Source of the DNA: Chiloscyllium plagiosum
Taxonomy: Eukaryota
NCBI RefSeq assembly: GCF_004010195.1
Contig: NC_057718.1
Span: 63,843,905 to 63,907,904 of the forward strand
Direction: 5' to 3'
DNA length: 64,000 nucleotides
The notes beneath the pieces are model-generated. The model ran no database searches, was not told the DNA's origin, and saw only the letters and a program-made list of their open reading frames with translations. This document shows, in pieces, positions 25,270-38,849 of this stretch. The stretch's first letter is position 1, and each line of letters starts with the position of its first letter. The translations under genes were made by a program, and so were the position numbers.

Positions 25270-25612
25270 AGCTATGGTTCAGCTGCAGCACTATTATCTC
25301 TAAGTCAAAAGCTTGTGGGTTCAAATCCCAATACAGAGAATGAGCAACAATTCATGTTGACTGCCCAATGGTGCACTGTTAAATGAATTTCTTTTGGTTG
25401 AGATGTTACTCTGAAGTCTCCTTGATCTTTCTCTTAACAAAACATCATCAAAAATATGATTCACTATCTAATCATTATCATTGATGTTTGTGCATGGTGG
25501 CTGTCCACAAATTGTGCTGCAGTTCAATATTCAAATTGTGCTAAGACCTGAAGTGCTTATGAATTTCCTGAGGTAGTGAAAGGCACTACATCAATGCAAA
25601 TGCTTGTTTTCT
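25270..25612 (+). mobile_element. Ancient Deu-domain-like SINE (SacSINE1/AmnSINE1-related), degenerate
   Basis: tRNA-like head with GGGTTCAAATCCC; core atcattatcattgatgtttgtg...cacaaattg; L2-type tail gtgaaaggcactacatcaatgcaa. Confidence 0.55.
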
Positions 25613-26274
25613 TAAAGTTCCTACCAAAATACATCGTACCAATGTGCTGTATTTGTTTTATTTGGCTAGTTTTAATCTGAATTCACAAATAGTATTCAAA
25701 AATCTGCTTCTGTAATGCGTTCTTGAACATTATCTGAAGACGATCAGTTTACCTTCAGTTTAAGGATGTTATTCAGTCAGAAAGATGTTTGAAATTATTT
25801 GTGCAGATTGTCCTGTCAATCTACAATACTACAGAAATACATTATTCCCTTATCTTTTGGCATGCTGTTTCTTGGAAATATTTTGTCCTACCCTTTAGCT
25901 TTATAAACTTTAATTGGCCTTTTCATCTATCTGTAATATATAACATGATCAGGATTGCTGATGATATAAACAGTGATCATCAAAATATATTAATCAACTT
26001 TAAACATCATTGTGAATTCAGGATGTCATTTCACTGATATTGAACGTGAAGGCATTGTTCATGGTATCTAAATTGATTCTTGTAAAGGAAGCACTGACGC
26101 ATATCACAAATTGCCATTCTGGAATATGTACACATTGTCCTTGCCAATTCCACTATGTTGTAGTCTGCAAACTTTCCCTCTGTTTAGTAAACACTAGGGA
26201 AAAATTGGATCAGGTCTGAAAATCAGACTGGGGTTTACAATGCATAACTAACCAAAACCTCTTCCTTTGTGTAA

Positions 26275-26410
26275 ATAAAGATAAAAATATTGTAGAAGCT
26301 GGAAATCTGAAATGAACACAGAGAATGCTGGAAAAACTCAGCAAGTCTGGCAGCATCTGTGGTGAAAGAAACAGTTGATGTTTCAAGCCTGGTATTATTT
26401 CTTCGGAACC
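26275..26410 (-). mobile_element. Degenerate Penelope pLTR fragment
   Basis: gctggaaaaactcagcaagtctggcagcatctgtgg, shared with 46545-46680, ~60690-60780, 61099-61230 and (+ strand) ~5740-5835. Confidence 0.7.
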
Positions 26411-26699
26411 AGTATTTCCTCTGTGCAGGCAGCACACAAACTTACTCTAAAAGAAATGAATTAACATGTATTGTTTTGATTACTCAATTCAGAAGGGGTC
26501 CAGGTCAGTATGAGGTTTGCACCATGTAAAGCTTACCTCTACTTCTTAAAGGGAAGGGGCACATTGGCTGCATCAAGTAGCAGAACTGGTTGCAGACGAG
26601 TAGGAATAACACTGACTAATGGTGCAAAAGGGCAGACAGCATTCACAAAAGGAAAGCAACACCGGAGGTCTTTGTTCAACAGCCTGAATAGGAGCAGGA

Positions 26700-29343
26700 A
26701 AATAGCTGGAGGTAATAGTTAAAGGAGAGACAGGACTGACAGCTTAACATTCCAGGATATCACTGTTTTAGATGGGACAGAAAGGGAAACAAAAGGGATG
26801 GGGGAGTTGCATTGCTGATTAGGGATCACATCACAGCTGTGTTAAGGGAGGACACAATGGAGCGACCTTGCAGTGAGGCATTATAGGTGGTGCACAGGAA
26901 TAGGAAGGGTGAAATCACAATGTTGGGAGTTTTCTATAGACTGCCCAACAGTCCATGGGAGGCAGAGGAGCAGATATAGAGTCAGATACTGGAAAGATCA
27001 GAAAAAAACAGGGTATAAATGATTGGTGACTTCAACTTGCTTCTTATTGACTGGGACTCCCTTAGAGCCAGGGGCTTGAATGGAGAGCAATTTGTTAGAT
27101 TGTCCAGGAGGGCTTTTTAAGACAGTATGTTGACAACTCAACCAGAGAGAAAGCCATAGAAGACTTAATATTAGGGAATGAGCCAGGATACGTGATCGAT
27201 ATTTCAGTAGGAGAGCTTTTTGGGCTTAGTAACCATAACCCCATAAGATTTCAAGTAGTCATGGATAAGGACAAGAATAGCCCTCAGGTGACGCTGCTTA
27301 ATTGGGCAAGGGCCACTTACATTCAAATTAGACAGGAACTGGGGAATGTGATTGGCAGGAGTTATTTGAGGGCAAATCTACATCTGGCATGTGGGTGGCT
27401 CTTAAGGATCAGTTGATTAAAGTGCAGGGCATATATATCCCTGCAAATCTGAAGGATAGAAATGGCAGGATTCAGGAACCATGGATGACAATGGAAATTG
27501 TAAGCTTAGTCAAAAGGAAAAAGGAAGCATACAATAAGTCTAGGCAGCTACAAACTGACAAAGCCTTTGAAGAGTATAGAGAAATTAGAAGGAATTTTAA
27601 CATGGAATTAGGAAGGCTAAAAGGAGCCATGAAATGTCTTTAGCAAACAGGATGAAGGAGTATCCCAAGGCATTTTATGCATGTATTAGATGAAAAAGGG
27701 TAGCAAGGGAGAGAGTAGGCCCACTCAAGGACAAAAGAGGGAAGTTATGTGTGGAGCCACAAGAGGTGGGAGAGATCCTTAATGAGTACTCTGTATTGTT
27801 ATTCACCAAGGAGAAGGATATGACTGATGTTGAGGTCAGGGATAAGTGTGTGAATACTTGAGAGAATGTCAATATATTGAAGGAGGAAGTTTTCAGTATC
27901 CTAAATTGCATTAAGGAAGACAAGACCCCAGCGCCAAATGGAATCTATCCCTGGTGTCTCTGAGAGGAAAGGGAAGAAATAGTTGGGGCATTAGCAGATA
28001 TCTTGTTTAAGAAAGGAAGCAGGGATAATCCAGGAAATTAGAGGCCTAAAGTCTGTGGCAGGGAAGCTCTTGGAGAAAATACTGAGGGACAAGATATATG
28101 CACATTTGGAAGAAAATGGACTAGTTAGTAAAAGGCAGCATGGTTTTGTACAGGGAAGGTCATGTCTCACCAACCGGATTGAAATCTTTGAACAGGTGAC
28201 AAAGATAATTGATGAGGCAAGGGCTATGGATGTAGTTTATATGAACTTTAGTAAGACAAAGTCCCAGATGGCAGATTTGTACTAAAACATGGGATTCAGG
28301 GTGGGTTAACTAGATGGATACAAAATTGGTTTGGTCATAGAAGACAGAGGGTAGCAGTGGAAGAGTGTTTTCAGAATAGAGACTGGTAACTAGTGGTGTT
28401 CCACAGGGATCAGTCTTACGTCCTCTGTTGTTTGTAGTATATATAAATGATCTGGAAGAAAATGTGGATAGTCTGATTAGTAAGTTTGCAGATGACATGC
28501 TGATTGGGAGAGTTGCTGATAGTGTCAACAATTGTGAAAAGATGTAGAAAGATTGGTGATTTGTATATGGAAATGGTGGATGGATTTTAATCTACACAAA
28601 TACGAGGTGATGCATTTTTGAGGATCAAATTTAGGTGTGAATTATATTGTAAATGGCAGAACCCTTAGGAACATTAACATACAAAAGAATCTGGGGATGC
28701 AGGTCCACAGTTCACTAAAAGCAGCAACACAAGTGGCCAAGGTGATTAAGAAGGCAAATGGCATGTTTCCCTTCAATCAGCCAGGGCATGGAGTACAAGA
28801 GTTGGCGAACCATGTTGCAGCTATATAAAACCCTTGTTAGGCCTCATATGGAATAATGTGTACAGTTTTGGTTGCCACAATATCAGAAGGATGTGGAAGC
28901 TTTGCAGAGAGTGCAGAGAAGGTTCATTAGGATGTTGCCTAGTCTCGAGGGCATTGGTTATGAAAAAAGGTTAAGAAGACCAGGATTGTTTTCACTGGAA
29001 AGATGGCCACTGAGAGGAAACCTGATAGAGGTCTACAAAATTATGAGTGGTGTAGATAGAGTGGATAGTCAGAGGCTTTTCCCCAGGGTTGAAGTTTCAA
29101 TTACAAGGTGAGTGGGGCAAAGTTTAACGGAGATATGCAAGGAATGTGTTTCTTGCAGAGAATGGTAGGAGCCTGGAACGCATTGCCTAAAGAGGTGGTG
29201 GAAGCAGGCAGGTTGGTGACATTTGAGAGTTATCTTGATGGTTACATGATTAGGGAGGGAAGTTTAGTTAGGACATGATGATCAGCACAGCCTTGGAGAG
29301 CTGAAGGGCCTGTTCCTGTGCTGCACTTCTCTTTTGTTCTTTT
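26700..29343 (+). mobile_element. Near full-length but disabled CR1 ORF2 (AP endonuclease + RT) with 3' UTR
   Basis: LNIPGY..GGVALLI..GVFYR..IGDFNL (endonuclease); [26 protein letters not shown] (RT); many stops and frameshifts. Confidence 0.92.
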
Positions 29344-29349
29344 GTTATT

Positions 29350-29708
29350 TTGTAATGGCCGAGAGGCTATACTGTTATGGCTATACTGTTATATCAGAGA
29401 TCCAGATAATGTTCTGGGGACTTGAGTGTGAATCCCACCATGGCTTGTGGCGGAATTTTCATTCAAATACAGTCTGGAATTAAGAGTCTACTGATGACCA
29501 CAAATCCATTGTTGATTGTTGGGGAATACCCATCTGGTTCATGAATGTCATTTCGGGAAGGAAACTGTCATGCTTACCTGGTCTGAGCTACATGTGTCAC
29601 CAGACCTACAGCAATATGGTTGACTCTGAATTGCTTTATGGGCAATTAGTAATGGGCAATAAATCTTGGTCTAGCCAGTGAAGCTCTTATCCCATAGATG
29701 AATAAAAA
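29350..29708 (+). mobile_element. tRNA-derived SINE (family of 3510-3897); its 5' part is repeated at 30397-30546
   Basis: Body homologous to the 3510 copy; ends gggcaataaat...cccatagatgaataaaaa. Confidence 0.78.
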
Positions 29709-29807
29709 TGTCCTTGAAATAGGCAAAGTGCCGATTTGTAAGTAAGATAATATGGATTCTTTCTAAAAATAAGCTCTCTTGCTTCATGTGTTCTGAGCAT
29801 GATATGA

Positions 29808-30053
29808 CAGAATCCCTACAGAATGGAAGCGGGACATTTGGCCCATCAAGTCAGCACCAATCCCACCCAGACACACCCCTCCTACTCTATCCCTGTAGCC
29901 CTGCACTCCCCATGGCTAATCCACCTAACCTGTGCTTCTTTGGATTGTCGGAGGAAACCAAGCACCTTGTAGAAACCCATACAGACAGAGGGAGAAGGCC
30001 TATTTGGAGTTTGCACAGTGCCCACTGTACCAACCACGGAGCCACTGCACCAC
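29808..30053 (-). mobile_element. HE1-type SINE, degenerate
   Basis: Reverse complement of the HE1 head (GGTGGCTCCGTGGTTGG) and core. Confidence 0.75.
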
Positions 30054-30549
30054 CCATATGTAGTAGAATTTCCAAAAGGCTTCCTGTAAGATACTATACT
30101 ATGAGATAGGATGAGGGGTAACATATAAGTACAGGTGGAAGATTGGTAAACAGACCGGAACCAACAAGTAGAGAAAATGGGGTGCTTCCAATCTGTCAGG
30201 CTGTAAGAAATGGAGTACCACATAGATCATTACTGATGCTTCAACTGTTTAATAATTATTATATAGATAGAGTTGAATTTTTTGGGGAGTCATGAGATAG
30301 GGATTCGGCAGGGAACTTCAGATAGAACATCAGCCATGATTGTACTGAAAGGTGGAGCTTAAGGGGCCATATAGACAAAAGAACTAATCTTAAAGGTTGT
30401 AATGGCCTAGAGGCTATACTGTTATGGCTATACTGTTAATTCAGAGATCCAGGTAATGTTCTGGGGACTTGAGTGTGAATCCCACCATGGCTTGTGGCGG
30501 AATTTTCATTTAAAAACAGCCTGGAATTAAGAGTCTAATAATGACATAA

Positions 30550-31075
30550 AGACAGCATTCGATCATGCAAAATCAAGGAGCCCTAGCAAAATTGAATTCA
30601 CTGGAAATTGAGGGAACTCTCTACTGATTGGAGTCAAACCTAACACAAATGAATATGGCTGTCGTTGTTGGAGGTTAACCATCTCCATCCATAACATCTC
30701 TGGAGGAGTTTTAAATGGTAGTGTCCTAAGCCAAACCATCTTCAGGTACTTCATCATTGATGTTCCCTCCTACACAAGTTCAGAAATAGCATGTTTGCAG
30801 ATAATTGCACAATGTTCAACACTATTCATGACTCTCAGACACACCTCCCTGTGTTCATATGCAGCAAATCATGGACAATGTCCAATGTTGGGCTGATAAG
30901 TGGGAAGTAATAGCTATGCCATGAAACTGCAAGAGAATGGTCATTTCCAACAAGAGAGAATCTAACTATGTATCTCTTCTTGATATTCAATGGCATTACC
31001 ATTCCTGAATTCCCCACTATCAACATCCTGGAAAGTCACTACCAACTCGATACTGAATTGGGCCATCCAATTAAT
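30550..31075 (+). mobile_element. Degenerate LINE RT remnant
   Basis: GSVLSQTIFRYFIIDVP and MFADN (FADD-like) motifs. Confidence 0.6.
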
Positions 31076-31349
31076 TGGGTACAAACACAGCATTTATGCT
31101 AAGTTCATGGTTCATGGTTTAAAGAGATCCTCACAATTTCATATTTATTTGCTTCTGGAGGTAGTAAGAAGCCCTTGGAAAAACATTGATAGCTTTACTG
31201 AGACACTTTGTCAAAACACCACCAGTAGTGGAACAATATTTTCTTTGCCTGTTTTGTTGAGCGCTCCATTTAAAAAGAATTTGTGTTGTGCTACTCCACT
31301 TTATAACAGTTGCAGGAGAATGTAGGTGCCTGGTCACCAACATCTTATT

Positions 31350-32115
31350 GTGTTCTGGATTAGTGGTGCTGGAAGAGCAGCATCCGAGGAGCAGTAAAAT
31401 TGACGTTTCAGGCAAAAGCCCTTCATCAGGAATAAAGGCAGAGAGCCTGAAGCGTGGAGAGATAATCTAGAGGAGGGTGGGGGTGGGGAGAAAGTAGCAT
31501 AGAGTACAATAGGTGAGTGGNNNNNNNNNNNNNNNNNNNNNNNNNNNNNNNNNNNNNNNNNNNNNNNNNNNNNNNNNNNNNNNNNNNNNNNNNNNNNNNN
31601 NNNNNNNNNNNNNNNNNNNNNNNNNNNNNNNNNNNNNNNNNNNNNNNNNNNNNNNNNNNNNNNNNNNNNNNNNNNNNNNNNNNNNNNNNNNNNNNNNNNN
31701 NNNNNNNNNNNNNNNNNNNNNNNNNNNNNNNNNNNNNNNNNNNNNNNNNNNNNNNNNNNNNNNNNNNNNNNNNNNNNNNNNNNNNNNNNNNNNNNNNNNN
31801 NNNNNNNNNNNNNNNNNNNNNNNNNNNNNNNNNNNNNNNNNNNNNNNNNNNNNNNNNNNNNNNNNNNNNNNNNNNNNNNNNNNNNNNNNNNNNNNNNNNN
31901 NNNNNNNNNNNNNNNNNNNNNNNNNNNNNNNNNNNNNNNNNNNNNNNNNNNNNNNNNNNNNNNNNNNNNNNNNNNNNNNNNNNNNNNNNNNNNNNNNNNN
32001 NNNNNNNNNNNNNNNNNNNNNNNNNNNTCCTCGGATGCTGCCTGAACTGCTGTGCTCTTCCAGCACCACTAATCCAGAATCTGGTTTCCAGCATCTGCAG
32101 TCATTGTTTTTACCT
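31350..32115. mobile_element. Inverted Penelope pLTR arms flanking assembly gap 31521-32027
   Basis: ttctggattagtggtgctggaagagca left of the gap and tgctcttccagcaccactaatccagaa right of it. Confidence 0.8.
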
Positions 32116-32469
32116 ATCATCCTATTGTGGTCTGACTAAAAGTAATGAAGGGACATGAGGTCAGATCGAGCCACACGAGCTGCTGCAAGAGTGTGTGTGT
32201 GTGTGTGTGAAAGGAGAGTGGAAACATGGCAAGGTAACTATCTTCGCCCCTTTAGGTACAGGATTACCCTCCTACTTTGAACCTTTTCCATCAGGACCTG
32301 TATCAGAACTTTTATGCCCTGTCTTTTGGTGCCTGAAAGATCATGCACAGGTTGCTCTGTGCTCGCCAGAGCAGTTTATGCCTTGAGCAGAAATGCACCC
32401 GAGGGATTCATGTATACATTTTCCTCCACAAAAATTGAATATAATGAGCATTTAAATTGAATTAAAATA

Positions 32470-33345
32470 GTAGAGTCATAAAGCATTGAAACTGACCCTT
32501 CAGTCCAACTAGTCCCTGTCGACCAGATATCTTAAATTAATCTCATCCCATTTGCCAGCATTTGGCCCATATTCCTCAAAATCCTTCCTGTGCATGTACC
32601 CATCCAGATGTTTCTTCACTGCTGTTATTGTAACAGCCTTTACCATCTCCTCCACCCGGGTTCGATTCCAGCCTTGGGCGACTGTCTGTGAGGAGTTTGC
32701 ACGTTCTCCCCGTGTCTGCGTGGGTTTCCTCCGGGTGCTCAGGTTTCCTCCCACAGTCCAAAGATGTGCAGATCAGGTGAATTAACCATGCTAAATTGCC
32801 CATAGTGTTCAGGGATGTGTAGATTAGGTGTATTAGTCAGGGGAAAATGTCGGGTAATGAGTGTGGGTGGGATACTCTTCAGAGGGTCGGTGTGGACTTG
32901 TTGGGCCAAAGGGCCTATTTCCACACTGTATGGATTCTATTTCTAAGTCTAATTCTCTGGTAGCTCATTCCATACACACACCAGCCTCTGTGTGAAAACG
33001 CTGCCCCTTAGGTCCCTTTTAAATCTTTCCACTCTCACTTTAAACCAATACCGTCTAGTTTTGAACTCCCCTGCTCGGGAAAAAGACCTTAACTATTCAA
33101 CTTATCTGTGCTCCTCATGATTTTATATACCTCTGAAAGTCACCCCTCAGCCTTCACACTCCAGGGAAAATAGCCCCAGCCTACTCAACTTCTCCCTATA
33201 TCTCAAACTCTCCTATCTCGACAACATCCTTGGAAATCTCTTCTGCACCCTTTCAAGTTTCACAACATCTTTACTATAGTATGGAGAGCAGAATTGAATG
33301 CAATATTCTTAAAGTGGTCTAACCAATGTCCTGTACAGCCAAAAC
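32470..33345 (-). mobile_element. CR1 3' region interrupted by an HE1 SINE
   Basis: CR1 sequence (..accatctcctc | tggtagctcattcc..) resumes after the SINE. Confidence 0.85.
32655..32950 (+). mobile_element. 5'-truncated HE1-type SINE
   Basis: cccgggttcgattccagcc...gagtttgcacgttctccccgtgtctgcgtgggtttcctccgggtgctc. Confidence 0.9.
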
Positions 33346-33614
33346 ATTAGTAATTATCTAAGAGGGCATCATAAGGCAAGTACAAATGAGGATAATCAGT
33401 AATTCTGAATCCAGATTTTCAATCATCTGTGATGTATTGATACAGCTTCTGTATATCAAATTTTTACTGCCTGAAACCAAAATTGCTCCTGTGTCAGAGT
33501 TGACAGAGAGGGAGAAATCCAAAATAAATTGGGGTCTGGCAATGAAAGCAGCAAACTAGAGAGGAAAGGAGAAAAGACAACAAAAACTGGGGATCAGAGA
33601 CAAATTGGAGGGTC

Positions 33615-34315
33615 ATTGAGTCATGAAGTCATACAGTACAGAACCAGAACCATTTGTCCAACTCATCCATGCTGACCAAGTTTCCCAAACTAAACTAGTC
33701 CCTGTTACCTGCATTTTGCATGTCTGTCTAAACCAATCCTGTTCATGTACCTATTCCAATGTCTTCTAAATGTTGTAGCTGTACCTGCTTCTACTACTTC
33801 CTCTGGCAGTTCAGTCCACACACGAACCACCCTCAGTCTGAAAAGGTTGTCCATCAGGTCTCTTTTAAATCTTTCTCCTCTCATCCTAAAAATATGCTGC
33901 CTAGCTTTGAGCTCCCCTATCCTAGGGAAAAGACCTTTGCTATTCACCTTATCATAAGGTCACCCCTCAGCATCCTATGCTCCAGTAAAAAAAGTCCTAG
34001 CCCATCCAGCCTCTCCTCATAACTCAAACTCTCCAGATCTGGTAACATCCTGGTAAATCTTTTCTGAACCCTCTCCAATTTAATAATATCTTTTCTATAG
34101 CAGGGTGACTAGAACTGTAAATAGTATTCCAAAAGTGGCCTCACCAACGTCCTGTACAACCTTCACATGACACCCCAATTCCGATACTTAATGGTCTGAG
34201 CAATGAAGGCAAGGGTGCTAAAAACCTTCTTAGCCACCCTGTCTACCAGTGACACAACTTTCAAAGAACTATATACGTGAACCCATAGGTCTTCCTGTTT
34301 TCCAACACTATCCAA
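33615..34315 (-). mobile_element. CR1 3' region
   Basis: MNSKGLFPR..RGERFKRDL..VVRVWTELPEEVVEAGT. Confidence 0.88.
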
Positions 34316-35129
34316 AGCAGAGAGAGGAGAAAAGGATAAATCTCAGCTGAAAGCAGGACAGTTTATGTCAGCCTGTGATGTCTACTTTTGTAGGATGTGT
34401 TTTATTAGGACGATCAAGCAGCTTTGGTACCTCTTCCTCAAAACTGAGCCTCAATTTCCTGAAGCTGAGCTTCACTAGAGGCTGTGAGAATCAATGACGT
34501 AGATTTTGCTTTGATTTTAGTTCTGATTTGCACAACCTGCTGAGATTTGTTGAATGTCAAAGTTGTATGAACATGTCAGGCATTACTCATTACGCTAATG
34601 AAGTTTTATTGATTTGGTGGAGCTCACTTGGTATTTAACAATGCAGTTGAAGTGTGAAAACCTCACAAATAGCTCTTACTTAAACATTACTTATCCTTAA
34701 ATCTGTGTAGCCTTTTGTGTATTTTTTGTAATCAATTAATCTCACCGCAAGATGAGAAAAGATCAAATGCTATGCACCTACACCACATTATGTGACTGGA
34801 TGCCAAGTGATTAAATCTTAGGAATTGTAGATCTGCAGTTGAGATGACTATACCTGCTGGTCTTTGTTTGTTTCTCTCAAGCCCATCCTTCCTGTCACTG
34901 ATGTCTGGACATTTTGTCCAATTTTGAGTCTTTGCTTACACTTTCTTTCCTTTTATTTTCCTTACTATGTCATATTCTTCCCACAAAGTTTCAGTTTCCT
35001 TGTTCTTTCTCATTTTCTTTTCACTTCCCATGGAATGTGAGACTGAAACTCAAGGCCCCACTTCCCAGCATACTTCTGGGAAATATCTAAGCCATTGCAA
35101 ACAAGATGGACGACCAAAAGCTCGACTCA

Positions 35130-36652
35130 CCTTCCAAAGAGAATTGAGGGTCTACTATACCTGACTGTGCCTTACAACTGGAGGGTTTCTTGGTTCACCA
35201 ATTGGACCACTCAGTGTCCTTGGGTAAGGCAAAGGACAGTGGGGTCTGCCTCCAAATCAACACCTTCTGGTGCTCAGACATGACAAGCCTTGCAAATTAC
35301 TGCTCCCCAGACCTAGAATATTTAAAGTGAAATGCCATCATACTACCTGCTGCATACATTCACCTCCACTATCCTACCTCATGGTCTACATCCCAACCCA
35401 TGCAGAAGTGAAGAGTGCACTGGATGAAGTATACCACGCTACAAAAAGTCTTGAGACTCCTTACTGAAGTCTAGGTCTGAGATGTTCAAGTCGGGGGACT
35501 CTGACCTATACAGGAAATCCAGGTACAACTTTCAAAAAAGCCATCAGGACACCAAGAGGCAATACCAAACTAAGCTTGAGACCCAGATTAACCACATGGC
35601 CATGAGTTGTTTGTGCCAAGGCTTGTGTGGCATGACTGGCTACAAATTGAAATCGACCAGAATCATGGGCAACTGTACATCCCTACCCGATGAGGTCAAT
35701 GCATTCTACGTTCACTTTGAATAGAAGGGCAGTGAAATGATATCACCTTTCCCATCAGTTTCAGATGCACCTGTACCATCCGTCATTGCCGCAGACATTA
35801 AATTGGTCTTCTTAAGGGTGAACCCAAGGAAAGCAACCGGGCCAGATGGAGAGCCCAGCTGTGTGTTTAGATCGCAAACAATGATGAGACAGAGTACAGG
35901 AAGGAGATAGAGTGTTTAATGGCATGGTGTAAAGACAACAATCTCTCTATCAATGTCAGCAAAACAAAGGAGTTGGTTATTGACTTCAGGAAGTGGAGGT
36001 GGAGGTCACACCCGTGTCAATGATGCTGAAGTGAAGATGGTCGATAGTGGCAAGTGCCTGGGAGGGACAACCACCAACAATCTATCCTGGTTCACCCACA
36101 TTGACACTATGGCCAGGAAAGCACAATAATACCTCTAACTTTTCAGGAAGCTAAGGAGTTTCAGCGTGTTCATAAAGACTGTTACTAATTTTTATAGATG
36201 CACCATAGAAAATATCCTATTTGGTTACATCACAGCATGGTATGCCAATTGCACTTCCCAAGACCGCAAGAAACTACAGAGAGTGGTGAATCAGCTTTCC
36301 TTCCATTGACTCCACCTATCCTTTGTGCTGCCTCAGGAAAGCACCAACCATAATCAAAGGCCCGTCCCACTCCAGTTATACTCTCTTCCATCGAGCAGAA
36401 GATATAAAAGTTTGAATACATGCACAAACAGATTCAAGAACAGCTTCTTCCCTGCTGTTGTCAGACTTTTGAATGGACCCTATAAATGTTAATGCTGATC
36501 TCTCTCTATATCTTCTCGGTAACTGTAACACTGTATCTTAAACTCTGTCCTGGTTACCTTGATGCTTTTGTATAGTGTGATCTGCCTGTAAGTATGTAAG
36601 GTGACACTTTTAACTCAACCTCTGTATACATGACAGTAATAAATCAAATCAA
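35130..36652 (+). mobile_element. Internally deleted Rex1/Babar-like LINE
   Basis: VYIP; VNPRKATGPDG; DETEYRKEI..WCKDNNLSINVSKTKELVIDFRK; NFYRCTIENIL; tail aataaatcaaatcaa. Confidence 0.8.
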
Positions 36653-37839
36653 GTTGTGACAAGTCAGTGGTCTAATTCTAATAGCTGCAGAATATCCGAA
36701 CAGCTTCTAGATTTTATCTGCTGTTAGGTTGTTTAAGACCTGTAACTGGGAGGAGTTAAGATTAGGGCACAGATCATAAGGGAGGAGGGTGGATCTTTTA
36801 CAAGTGAAGATACTCACAATTTCATACTCACAAATATTTTCATGCTCAGAAATGCATCTTATAAACAACATCTGTACAAAGAGAGGATAGAGTCACCAGC
36901 ACAGACCCACCTATGTGTTTCGGAAGGTTTCATTACTTGGTTAAGAAGACATTGTTGTAAATTTATATTAAGATGTTGCTATTAAATTCAGCAGATAAAG
37001 GTTAAATTCACAACACAAGATGGGATGTAGTGAACAAATGAAGTGACTAACAGAATTTTTTTTTGTATATTCCAACAGTTTAAAACAAGAGACCTATGAA
37101 CATTGGAACAATATTCACACACAGTTGCTCAGGATTTGCTGGATAAACAGATGTGACCAATGTGTGCCACTATTAATGTAATAATCAGTCAGCAGCTTGT
37201 CAATTTTGAATTTCTATAAGTCATTATCAATTTGATCTGATGTTTATTTAGATTTACAAAAATGGCATCCCTAACTACCTCCCGATTTTTATGAAGTAGT
37301 TCCACATAATTGAAAGACTAATTAAAGCACAAGCAACCTTTTAATGCTTGATAATGAATAAACACTGCCAGGCAATCTCCCTGGTCAAGAGAGGGAATGG
37401 TTGGAAATGTAAACTGTCACTCATGCATGTAATGAATTGATGTTAGTGAATTTACAAAATGTCAGTTCTTTTTCAAACAAGAAAGCATTACCTTTTCTTT
37501 GTCTCCTTTCTCTCTCTTAATCCAGTTTTATTTTCTGTAGCTCTTTATTTTTATTTCTGATTTAGTTCATCCATTTAAATTCACCCGCCTTCTCAGTCCT
37601 TCTTTTGTTTATTTCTCAACCCTAAATCTCATTGATTAAAGAGCGACTTTGTTGGATTGGCCATTCTCCAAATTTAGGTAACCTCTTTTGCTCATTGTCA
37701 TGATATGTGTTCACACTTCCAACCACCCTGCAGGTAACAGTTGTTTGAACTGATGGATCCAACAATATTTTTAATAATATTGACCTCTCGTGATTGACAC
37801 TTCAACTAGGGGCACAGCTGTTCTCTATTCCCCCTGTCC

Positions 37840-38205
37840 ATACCCCTCTTATACACCTTAATCCTGTCCTCCCTCAGTCTTCTTTGCTCTAAGGAAAACA
37901 ATCCAAGTGTGTTTAGTCTCTCCTTATAGCTCCATTTCTCCAACCCAAGAAACATTGTTGTGAACCTCCTCTGTACCCCCCTCTAGTGCTATCACATCCT
38001 TTCCGTAATGAGCTAGCCAGAACTGCACATAGTACTCCAGTTGTGCCTGACCAACACTCTGTACAATTCCAACATTACCTCCATACTCTTTGTCATGATT
38101 GATTAAAGCTAGTGTCCCTTATGCCCTCTTAACTATCCTATTCACATGCTCTGCCAATTTCAGGGATCTGTCAATAATTACCCCAAGATCCCTCTCTTCC
38201 TCTAA
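37840..38205 (-). mobile_element. CR1 RT C-terminal fragment
   Basis: Reverse complement of cagaactgcacatagtactccag encodes LEYYVQF. Confidence 0.75.
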
Positions 38206-38209
38206 ACCT

Positions 38210-38840
38210 TCCACACCCATCATAACTGTATCTGCACTTTTACACATGTCATTTACTGTATCCGTTGCTCCCGATGCGGTCTCCTCTACATTGGGGAGAC
38301 AGGACGCCTATTCGCAGAATGTTTCAGAGAACATCTCTGGGACACACTCACAAAGCAACCCCACTACCCTGTAACTTTAACTCCCCCTCTCACTCCACCA
38401 AGACATGCAGGTGCTGGGCCTCCTCCATCGCCAAACCCCAACCACCCGACACTGGAGGAGGAACGCCTCACCTTCCGCCTTGGGAGCCTCTAACCACACA
38501 ATACCAACGTGGATTCAACAGTTTCCTCATTTCCCCTCCACCCACCTTAACCCAGATCCAAACTTCTATCTCGGTATTGCCCTCATGAACTGTCCTACCT
38601 GTCCACCTTCCTTCCCACTTATCTGCTCCACCCTCCTCTCCGACCTAACACCTTCACCCCCACCTTGATCTATCTATCGCAATCTCAGCTACCTTCCCCC
38701 AGCCCCTCCCCCTTCCATTTATCTCTCTACCCACTTGCCCCACCAGCCTCATTCCTGATGAAGGGCTTATGCCTGAAACATCAATTACCTTGCTTGTCTG
38801 ATGCTGCCTTACCTGCTGTGCTTTCCAGCACCACATTCTT
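38210..38840 (+). mobile_element. Penelope element 3' part: GIY-YIG endonuclease + pLTR
   Basis: HVIYCIRCSRCGLLYIGETGR..FREHL, ..LEEERLTFRLG; pLTR with hammerhead core at ~38755-38780. Confidence 0.9.
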
Positions 38841-38849
38841 AATTTTCAA

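Noticed and set aside
31426..32158. Long ORFs spanning N runs (also 40338-41015 and 53787-54663)
   Set aside because: Artefacts of translating assembly gaps
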